Shown here piece after piece: positions 19,344 through 26,858 of a stretch of DNA of 37,623 nt (positions are counted from its first letter, which is position 1; every line of letters begins with the position of its first letter). Made by a program: the position numbers and the translations under genes. Below the pieces are notes generated by a model. That model did no database searches, had not been told where the DNA came from, and was given only the letters and a program-made list of their open reading frames with translations. The stretch is from assembly GCA_016928395.1 (NCBI GenBank), contig JAFGKV010000057.1, forward strand, positions 1 to 37,623, in the 5' to 3' direction. This DNA is from Candidatus Fermentibacterota bacterium. GTDB lineage: Bacteria; JAFGKV01.

Positions 19344-20644
19344 GGCTCTATACCGACGCCCTCATCATCACCAACGATAGCGAAGACCGCGTGATCGAAG
19401 CCGGATGCATCGGCGTGGAGGATGAGAGCATCGTCTTTGTCGGGCACACCAAAGATGCGCCTCGCGACGTCGAAGAGAGGATCAGCCTGGCTCACCGTGT
19501 GGTCATGCCGGGACTCATCGTGGCCCATACGCACCTCTACAGCTTCCTGGCCAGGGGCCTGGCGCCGTCCGTGGCTCCTGAAAACTTCGTGGGAGTGCTT
19601 GAGCATGTGTGGTGGCGGCTGGACCAGGCACTGGGGCCCGATGACGTCTACTGGAGCGCCATGGGCGGGGCTGTGTCGGCCCTGCTGCGGGGTACGACGA
19701 CCCTCATCGATCATCACGCCAGCCCGTCGTGCATCGGAGGCAGCCTGGAGAAGATCGCCATTGCCTTGGGCCAGGTCGGCATCCGAGGCGCTCTGAGCTA
19801 TGAGATCACCGACCGCCACGGCCACGAAGGCGCCATGGCGGGCATGGAGGAGAACCTGCGAGGGATGGCCCTGGCAGCCCGAAGCCCCGGGTGGCTTGCC
19901 GCACGCATGGGCCTTCACGCCTCTTTCACCCTTGATGACGCTACTTTGGATGCCGTAGCCGGGCAGGGATGTGGCGTGCATGTCCATGTTGCGGAAGACC
20001 GCGCCGACGTGACCGCCTCCGTGGAGCGATTCGGTGAGACTCCCCTGCAAAGGCTCTCCCGCCGGGGACTGCTGTCGCCGGAGAGCATCATCGTTCATGG
20101 AGTGCATTTGACCGGCGACGAAATGCAGACTTTGGCGAGTTCCAAAGCCTTTCTCGTGCACAATCCCCGGTCCAACATGAACAACGGCGTGGGTGCCGCC
20201 GACCTGGCGGCCATGGCCAGTGCCGGGATTCCCCTGGCCATAGGGACCGACGGCATGGGACCTGACCCGGGCCCGGAGGTCATGACGGCCCTAGTGCTCG
20301 TGCGTCACGAACAAGGCGACCCCGCCGCGGGGTGGGATCTCGTACGCCACGCCTACTGCGCCGGCAATGCGGAGCTGGCCTCGCGCACCTTCGGACGGAC
20401 GCTGGGCAGGCTGGAGGTGGGGGCCGAGGCTGACTTCGTCGTACGGGTATACGACCCGCCGACTCCCTTGACCCCCGCAACGTGGTGGGGCCACTTCCTG
20501 TTCGGCCTCTCGGAATCACCCGTGGACCGCGTGGTGGTGGGTGGCAGGGAGCTGGTCAGAGGCGGTGAGGCGGTATGGCTGGATGCCGAGATGATCTGGC
20601 GCGCCTGCCGCGAGCAGGCAGGCAAGTTGTGGTCGCGATGGTGA
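19340..20644 (+). CDS. ssnA: SsnA-like metal-dependent amidohydrolase
   Basis: MPGLIVAHTHLYSFLARG, WWRLDQAL, GTTTLIDHHASP, GLHASFTL, HVHVAED, HNPRSNMNNGVG, GTDG. GTG 19340 overlaps the preA stop (GTGA). Confidence 0.85.
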   Translation: MRLYTDALIITNDSEDRVIEAGCIGVEDESIVFVGHTKDAPRDVEERISLAHRVVMPGLIVAHTHLYSFLARGLAPSVAPENFVGVLEHVWWRLDQALGPDDVYWSAMGGAVSALLRGTTTLIDHHASPSCIGGSLEKIAIALGQVGIRGALSYEITDRHGHEGAMAGMEENLRGMALAARSPGWLAARMGLHASFTLDDATLDAVAGQGCGVHVHVAEDRADVTASVERFGETPLQRLSRRGLLSPESIIVHGVHLTGDEMQTLASSKAFLVHNPRSNMNNGVGAADLAAMASAGIPLAIGTDGMGPDPGPEVMTALVLVRHEQGDPAAGWDLVRHAYCAGNAELASRTFGRTLGRLEVGAEADFVVRVYDPPTPLTPATWWGHFLFGLSESPVDRVVVGGRELVRGGEAVWLDAEMIWRACREQAGKLWSRW

Positions 20645-21882
20645 GTTGCCTGGCATGCGTCACCTGCGACGCATGCTTCACCCCCGACGAACACACCATG
20701 ACGTGCCCCAGGTGTGGACCCGAGCTGGGCACTCTCGATTATCGGTTTGACCTGGATACACTCGCCACGCGGTATTCCCGTCCGGCGATCTCCGAGGGGT
20801 TGGCAACGTGGCTGCCGCTGCTACCCATCGCTGGCGCCTCGTCGCTTCCGCCTCTTCCTTTGGGACCGACGCCTTTGATCAAGGCGTCCCGGCTGGCCCG
20901 CCATCTTGGCCTCAAGGACTTCTGGTTGAAGCTGGATTCCTTTCTTCCCAGTCTCTCCCTGAAGGACCGAGCCTCGGCTTTGGCATTGGCCCAGTCGGCG
21001 GAGTGGGGGAGCACGACCATCATCGCGGCATCCACCGGCAACGCCGCCTCCTCGCTGGCGACGTTGGCGGCAGCCACGGGGCAAAGGGCGGTGCTGGTAG
21101 TGCCAGAGGATGCCCCAAGGGCGAAACTGGCGCAGATCGCGCTGCATGGCGGGGTACTGGTCCCGATTCGCGGCACCTACGACCAGGCATTCGACCTGTC
21201 CACCCGGGTTGCCGCCCTTCAGAGTTGGTACGTGCGCAGCACCGCGGTGAATCCTGTGCTGGCCGAAGGCAAGAAGACCGTGGCCATGGAGACGGCGCTG
21301 CAACTGGAGTGGCGGGTCGGCGACGTATGGTATGTGGGCGTCGGCGACGGGTGCATTCTCGGTTCGCTGTGGAAGGGGTTGTCGGAACTTCTCGCCCTGG
21401 GATGGATCGATACGATGCCTGCCCTGATCGGCGTGCAGGCGTCGGGCGCGGCACCCCTGGCCCACGCCTGGGAGTCGGGAAGACCGGTAGAGCCATGGCC
21501 TCTCACCGATACGTGTGCCGACAGCATCGCGGTGGGCCATCCCCGGGATTGGGTCAAGGCGCTCCGCGCCGCCCGAGCCAGCGGGGGAGCGATCCGGACC
21601 GTTCCGGACGAACGGATCGCACAGGCCATGCGCCTGCTGGCGGACCACGCAGGGGTCCTGGCGGAGCCCGCAGGCGCCGCATCGGTTGCCGGGGTGCTGA
21701 CCGCGCTGGAGCAGGGGCAGGTGGGCAAGTCTGACCGGGTTGTTGCGCTCATCACGGGGCATGGGCTGAAGGATCAGGCGGCTCTACGCCGCATGTTCCG
21801 GGCGCCCACACCGGTTGCCGCCACGCCCGAGGCGGTGCTGGCTGCGGCGGAGGCATGGCGGAGGAATGGAACGAGGGAATGA
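20638..21882 (+). CDS. Threonine synthase-like PLP enzyme with N-terminal CxxC...CxxC zinc ribbon
   Basis: CVTC...CPRC, GPTPL, SLKDR (PLP lysine), ASTGNAA, EGKKT, VGDG, ADSIAVG, AEPAGAA, ITGHGLKD. Confidence 0.82.
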   Translation: MVSCLACVTCDACFTPDEHTMTCPRCGPELGTLDYRFDLDTLATRYSRPAISEGLATWLPLLPIAGASSLPPLPLGPTPLIKASRLARHLGLKDFWLKLDSFLPSLSLKDRASALALAQSAEWGSTTIIAASTGNAASSLATLAAATGQRAVLVVPEDAPRAKLAQIALHGGVLVPIRGTYDQAFDLSTRVAALQSWYVRSTAVNPVLAEGKKTVAMETALQLEWRVGDVWYVGVGDGCILGSLWKGLSELLALGWIDTMPALIGVQASGAAPLAHAWESGRPVEPWPLTDTCADSIAVGHPRDWVKALRAARASGGAIRTVPDERIAQAMRLLADHAGVLAEPAGAASVAGVLTALEQGQVGKSDRVVALITGHGLKDQAALRRMFRAPTPVAATPEAVLAAAEAWRRNGTRE

Positions 21883-21948
21883 GGGATGGGTGAAAGGATG
21901 GATGAGTGGACGATTGGACGATTGGATGGATGGCTGGATGAAACGACT
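21862..21948. repeat. Degenerate ~8-bp-period purine-rich tandem repeat
   Basis: ...tggacgat tggacgat tggatgga tggctgga tgaaacga, immediately after the operon end. Confidence 0.6.
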
Positions 21949-21959
21949 GGTGCGTGAAC

Positions 21960-22150
21960 ACCCAACATCGAACGGCAGCCGGGGCACACCATGAACCGTG
22001 TATCACTCGCGCAGAGGGGCCTCCATACCTTCAACTCCGAAAGGTTTGAGCTCCCACGTACGACGAGGCACGCCTGAACCTCCTGGCCCGAACCCTCCAC
22101 GCAGCTCCCGAAGCGAGCCGCAGGGTGGTCCGTGACCTGCAGACTGTGGA
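21960..22150 (-). ncRNA. Candidate structured non-coding RNA (family not recognised)
   Basis: Two long hairpins (22092-22126 with a cUUCGg loop, and 22019-22069) whose G-U pairs form only on the minus strand. The ends can partly pair. Confidence 0.3.
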
Positions 22151-22275
22151 CGTACCGAATCTATTGCGCTGTGGGCCGGCCGAATGAATACTCCCGCGAT
22201 GCGATGGGCTGTCGCACAAAGGCGAGATGACCAACCTTCAGGCCCGGCGAGTTGCTTCAATCCAGGAGGAGAACG

Positions 22276-23448
22276 ATGACGCCACGCAAGACTGCCAAGA
22301 CGGCCGAACCGCCGGCCGGCGCGGCCCAACTGGAGATCGGTGTTCCCAAGGTCAGCCTTAGGAGCACCAAACAGGAACTGCTGGAGGCGTATCAGGAGGT
22401 CCTCTCCAGGCAGCAGGAAGATGAGCCCACTCCCCGCAAGAAGGCGGAGGCGGAGGTGAAGCGGCGCGAGGAGATCGTGGCGTCCGCCCGGGCTACCACT
22501 GTCTCGGGCATTGTGGATTCCATCGGAAGGCTCAAGCTCGATGTCTCCACAGTACTGAACGATCTGTCGCAAAAGCTCATGGCGCAGACCGAGCGTTTGG
22601 AGGAGATCGAGAATGCCATCGCCGCGGAGACTTCACGCCTGTCGCGGCTTCACGACATCGACATCGCAGCGGACACGCTGGAAGACTTGCTACGGCGTCA
22701 CAACGAGGCGGAGACCGACTTCACGCTGCGCATCGACCAGAGGCGGGCGGAAGTCGAGGAGGCCTTAACCACGGCCAAGGCTGAGTTCGAGGAGTGGGTG
22801 GCAGCGACGCGGGAGCAGTTGGAAGAGGAGATGGCGACCACCCGTGAGGCATGGGAGCGGGAGCGTCAGCTCCACGAGCAAGACATGAAGGAACGCAACG
22901 AGAGGCTCAAGCGCGAGCGGGAACGCGAGGCCGAGGAGTACGCCTACGGACTGAAGCTGAATCGGCAGAGGGCTGACAATGAACACGCAGCCCGACTGGC
23001 TGCGCAGGAAAAAGAACTGGCCGCGGCGAGGGAGGCCCACCAGAGGGAGTACGCCGATCGAGAGGCGTCCCTGGAGCGACGGGAAGCGGAGTTGGCCGAC
23101 CTGCGGGCCCAAGTGGAGTCTTTCCCCAAGCAGCTGGACAAAGCGGTTACGGAAGCCCGCGCATTCGTCAAGAAGGAAGCTGAGAAGGAGGCAAAGACTG
23201 CCTGGGACCTGCGCGAGAGAGAGATCCTTGGAGAGCGCGAGGTGGCGCGCCTGAGAATCGAATCCCTGGAGGCAAAGGTGAAGGAGCAGGCCGCACGCGT
23301 GACCGAGTTGAACCGTGCCCTGGATGCCGCCTCCACCAAGGTGCAGGAGATCGCTGTCAAGGCCATAGAGGGCGCCGAAGGCCGCAAGGCGCTCTCCGCG
23401 GTAAACGAGATCGCCCTGGAGCAGGCGAAGCGTCCGAGGGACAGCTGA
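22276..23448 (+). CDS. Long coiled-coil protein of unknown function
   Basis: AGGAGG before ATG 22276; Glu/Arg/Ala-rich heptad composition; STKQELLEAY, REREAEEYAY, FPKQLDKAV, VQEIAVKAIEG. Confidence 0.8.
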   Translation: MTPRKTAKTAEPPAGAAQLEIGVPKVSLRSTKQELLEAYQEVLSRQQEDEPTPRKKAEAEVKRREEIVASARATTVSGIVDSIGRLKLDVSTVLNDLSQKLMAQTERLEEIENAIAAETSRLSRLHDIDIAADTLEDLLRRHNEAETDFTLRIDQRRAEVEEALTTAKAEFEEWVAATREQLEEEMATTREAWERERQLHEQDMKERNERLKREREREAEEYAYGLKLNRQRADNEHAARLAAQEKELAAAREAHQREYADREASLERREAELADLRAQVESFPKQLDKAVTEARAFVKKEAEKEAKTAWDLREREILGEREVARLRIESLEAKVKEQAARVTELNRALDAASTKVQEIAVKAIEGAEGRKALSAVNEIALEQAKRPRDS

Positions 23449-23481
23449 GCGGATGGCCAGCCCGATCCGGGGGAGTGTGGT

Positions 23482-23916
23482 GTGAGTACGTTTGTACGTC
23501 GTGGCGAGCGCGGAATCTCCCGAACCTGGGTGATCGCCAGCATGATTGTATTCCTCATGACAGAACTCGTGATAGGTACCGTCGTGGGCAGCCTCTTCGC
23601 CGGCCATCCCGGTCATGTGGTCCACATGCGCATCGAGATGCTGGTGATGCTGGCCAGCTACTTCGTCGGCGGGTTGGTCATGGGCTTTGTCTCCCGGGGC
23701 TCGCGGCTGGATGAGCCCATCATCGCCGCATTCCTGGCGGTGGTGATCACGTTCTGCCTGACCTTGTTCACTCCCCTGCGATTCTTTCGCTTCTCAGTGA
23801 CTCGCGTTCTCATCGGCGGCGTCATCGCCGCCGGCTTCGCGGTGGCGGGAGTTGACCTGGGGGCGCGGGCCGCAGCCGGGCTCAGTCGGAGAACACACCG
23901 GGACGGGAAGGGCTGA
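23482..23916 (+). CDS. Small membrane protein (~4 TM)
   Basis: Four hydrophobic segments; GGGGAG before GTG; directly follows the coiled-coil gene. Confidence 0.7.
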   Translation: MSTFVRRGERGISRTWVIASMIVFLMTELVIGTVVGSLFAGHPGHVVHMRIEMLVMLASYFVGGLVMGFVSRGSRLDEPIIAAFLAVVITFCLTLFTPLRFFRFSVTRVLIGGVIAAGFAVAGVDLGARAAAGLSRRTHRDGKG

Positions 23917-24045
23917 GCATTGTGAGGAACGACACCAGGCCCGGCCTCGATCGCAGGAGGTGCACCAATCGCATGCCTGAGCCTCTGGGAGGCCGCGGGC
24001 GTGGCCCCCTTCCCGGTTGCCATGCGAACCCATTCATGAAATCCC

Positions 24046-24073
24046 GGAGCTATTCTACTAGTAGAATAGCTCC
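24046..24073. promoter_or_regulatory. Perfect 28-bp palindrome GGAGCTATTCTACTAGTAGAATAGCTCC, motif copy 3, upstream of the RAMP gene
   Basis: Read directly, ~70 bp upstream of the likely start. Flanked roughly symmetrically by ATTCAT (24032) and ATGAAT (24083). Confidence 0.6.
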
Positions 24074-24144
24074 CCACACCGTATGAATCACCAATCCTCC
24101 CGTCGGTGGGCACTCTTCCCACCGCACACCCGAAGGGGCTGGTA

Positions 24145-25230
24145 GTGAAACGACGTCGAAAGCCATCGCAAAGGGGGCGAACAACCAAGACTCGATCCTC
24201 AGTGGAGGCGCCTGCCTTGGTGCTGGATCTGAACGTTCTCTCCCCTGCATTCGTGCCCGGCGGCCCCGGCCGTGAATCCGCTGGAATCCAGGCCTCCACC
24301 GTCAGAGACCTCCTGCGGTGGTGGTACAGGGCACTGGTGGGGCACGAGGCGGTCTTGGGTGTCACCGACGTGGATCTGGCTGAGACACGTCTGTTCGGAA
24401 ACTCCTTTCAGAGAGTTCGCTGCCCGCTCAAAATCCAGGTCGTACCGTCACGTTCCTTCGGCGTCATCCCCAGAGGCGAAGAACCGCCAAGAACCGGCGT
24501 CACCGTTCACGTCACGCCCCCGCAAGACGCCCTCATCTACCTTGCAGGTTCGTCAGTCACTCCGCTTTCGCGCGGCGAGCGCGATGACCAGGGCAAAGCG
24601 CTGGACCCGGCGTTTGACGACCCCGTGACAGGCAAGGCCCGGCGCGGACCCGTCTTGCGGCAGGAGGCCGTAACACCCGGATCACGGTTCGCGGTCCACA
24701 TCGGCTGGAAGCCAGGCGCCCTTGACGATCGCCAGATCGAAGACCTGGTCCGCTCGGCGGCCTCTCTTGTCACGCTGGGCGGCCTGGGCGCTCGAAGCCG
24801 CAAGGGATTCGGCGCATTGGCAGGGGATCTCGACGCTCTGCTGATCCCCGAGGCCCGCGCCTGGTGGGACTCACAAACATATGGCATTCTCCATGGCCCA
24901 CCCCTTTCGGCCGCCTCGGGATTCCCTCCCTTCCCATGTCTCGCCTATGCCATCGTGACCAGCGACCCACGCCTCTCCCCGACCTGGCAACAGGCATTGG
25001 GCAGGCTTGGGCGTCACTACGCGGCCATTCGGCCCAGGGAGACGGCGGCGTGGATCGCGGGGTCGGTCCGCCCGAAGAGGGAGTCATCCCTTCTTTTCAC
25101 CTTGTGCCGGGAACCTGGAGGCTACCGTGGAGTCGCGACGTTGATTCCCAGCCTGCCGGACGGCGAACACGCCGAGGAACTCGGCCGCTACGCCGCATCG
25201 TTCAAGGAATCCCCCTGGCCTGAGGAGTAG
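24145..25230 (+). CDS. cmr1: RAMP-superfamily protein, Cmr1-like (type III-B CRISPR effector subunit homolog), solitary
   Basis: LSPAFVPGG, STVRDLLRWWYRAL, ETRLFG, the Gly-rich loop LGGLGARSRKGFGAL, and a C-terminal WQQALGRLGRHY...RESSLLF. Start uncertain (GTG 24145 after GAAGGGG, or 24106). Confidence 0.8.
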   Translation: MKRRRKPSQRGRTTKTRSSVEAPALVLDLNVLSPAFVPGGPGRESAGIQASTVRDLLRWWYRALVGHEAVLGVTDVDLAETRLFGNSFQRVRCPLKIQVVPSRSFGVIPRGEEPPRTGVTVHVTPPQDALIYLAGSSVTPLSRGERDDQGKALDPAFDDPVTGKARRGPVLRQEAVTPGSRFAVHIGWKPGALDDRQIEDLVRSAASLVTLGGLGARSRKGFGALAGDLDALLIPEARAWWDSQTYGILHGPPLSAASGFPPFPCLAYAIVTSDPRLSPTWQQALGRLGRHYAAIRPRETAAWIAGSVRPKRESSLLFTLCREPGGYRGVATLIPSLPDGEHAEELGRYAASFKESPWPEE

Positions 25231-25445
25231 CACAGCCCCGATCGCGTGCGCAGTCATGGCGATGTCGTCATGCCAGTCGTCAGGTGCTCCAATTGCGGGC
25301 TGCGTCCCGGTCTTCTCCCGGTGATCCGACAACCTGTGCTGCATCGCTCGGAGTGACGGCAAAGTACCCTCCACGTGCCGAGGAGCGCGGATGTCCTTAT
25401 GTCATGATGCAGGAAAGGCCTCACCGCTCTCGGCGGTCGGGCTGC

Positions 25446-26018
25446 CTACTTCATGCCGAGCCTTGTTCCCTTGGCCAGCACATCGGCCACCTGCTTCATC
25501 CTGCGAACCCGTGTCTCTTCTCTTTTCGCTTCGGCCACCCAGCTTAGGTACTGACGGCGATGTGACGGCGGAAGCCGCTGGAAGTGTGCCCACGATGCCG
25601 GGTTCTCCTCAAGAATCGCCATCAGCTCCTCAGGCACCGTATCCACCCTAGGAGGTGTGTGGACGAGGCCCTCAGTCTCGAACTTCACCAGAGCATCACC
25701 GAGCATCGCGAGGCCTGCTGCGGTCATCTGCCCCTCATCGATCATTCTTCGAGCACGCCGGAGGTTCAGCTCCGACCATGATCCTCCCATCCTTCGGGGC
25801 GTGAACTTCTGCATGAATGTGCTGTCGTCTCTCCGCTTCCGGATCCCATCAATCCACCCGAAACAGACAGCTTCCTCGACCGCCTCGTCGTAGCGAAGAC
25901 CCTGCTTTCCCGTGCGCTTCTTCTCGAAGACGACCCACAGCTCATTGTGGATGGCGTGATTGGCGGTTAGCCACTCCCGCCATCCCTGGCGGCTCTTGAA
26001 ACCCTGTGCTTCGCTCAT
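25446..26018 (-). CDS. YdeI/OmpD-associated family protein
   Basis: WREWLTANH, YDEAVEEAVCFGWIDG, FTPRR..SWSELN, GQMTAAG, WVAEAKREETRVRR. Confidence 0.9.
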   Translation of the reverse strand: MSEAQGFKSRQGWREWLTANHAIHNELWVVFEKKRTGKQGLRYDEAVEEAVCFGWIDGIRKRRDDSTFMQKFTPRRMGGSWSELNLRRARRMIDEGQMTAAGLAMLGDALVKFETEGLVHTPPRVDTVPEELMAILEENPASWAHFQRLPPSHRRQYLSWVAEAKREETRVRRMKQVADVLAKGTRLGMK

Positions 26019-26027
26019 GACAACTCC

Positions 26028-26858
26028 TCACGGCCTGGCATAACAGTAGAGACACTGGCCAAGACAACGGTGGTGGGCGTAACAGCCGATGTCGATGCTT
26101 CGGTGACACCCGCAGCCCTGGTGGCGGCGCTGCCCACCATCGGGTTCGACCCGCAGGGGAAGACCGCTGCTGGCAGTCAGCAGCTCGGCGTCAATGCATC
26201 GTCCCGGCCGCACACCCAGAATCGCAGTGAGGGCGGGCTCGCAACAGGTGTGAATTGTAAACCCCATGGACTGCAAGATCCGCGCCCGGGGCGCGAACAC
26301 CGTCGCCTGCTCCTCTTCCGAAAGGTAGCGAAAAGTCAGGGGCGTGGACGAAACACGGCGGTCGATCTTGCGGTAGCGATCCATGAGCGAGACGGTCACA
26401 TCCCGCAGGCCGGCCGCAGCCACGCGGGCGGCGATGACGTCCAGACTCCCAAGGTTGTCGTGCAGCACGCCGCCCTGCTCCCAGCATACGATGGGATCGA
26501 ATCTCCAGCGCACGGCACGGGGGCCGTAGGCCGCGACGAGCCGCTCGAGCTGATCCAGCCGATGGGATAGAGGGGGCAAATCCGGCTCCAGAAAGCTCAC
26601 GGGCGTGGTGATGGTGAAGTGGAAGAAGAGGGGCCATCCCTCAAATGCCTTCCGCCTCCGCAGGTAGGGGCCGAAATCTTTTGACCACAGCACGAGCACG
26701 GCACTTTGGTCCGGTGCCAACGAGAGCTCCATGGGGCGCTGGTTGAACGGATGGTGCCACCGGAAGCGGCGCTGCCGCACCTCCCGCTCCAGAAGATCCA
26801 GGTAGAACCTGGGCATGTCGGTCCGCCGCGAGGCGGAAATGATGACCGGGTCGCTCAC
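26028..26858 (-). CDS. DUF1848 family protein (C-terminal Cys cluster)
   Basis: IISASRRTDMPRFY, WSKD, WRFDPI, TCCE, CID, CGCHRSIDIG..CxxxCLYCYA. GTGA overlap with the TPR gene. Confidence 0.88.
   Translation of the reverse strand: MSDPVIISASRRTDMPRFYLDLLEREVRQRRFRWHHPFNQRPMELSLAPDQSAVLVLWSKDFGPYLRRRKAFEGWPLFFHFTITTPVSFLEPDLPPLSHRLDQLERLVAAYGPRAVRWRFDPIVCWEQGGVLHDNLGSLDVIAARVAAAGLRDVTVSLMDRYRKIDRRVSSTPLTFRYLSEEEQATVFAPRARILQSMGFTIHTCCEPALTAILGVRPGRCIDAELLTASSGLPLRVEPDGGQRRHQGCGCHRSIDIGCYAHHRCLGQCLYCYARP

Noticed and set aside
23917-25445. CRISPR array or mini-array flanking the Cmr1-like gene
   Set aside because: No repeated 25-40 bp unit with spacers was seen on either side. A single degenerate repeat cannot be excluded by eye.
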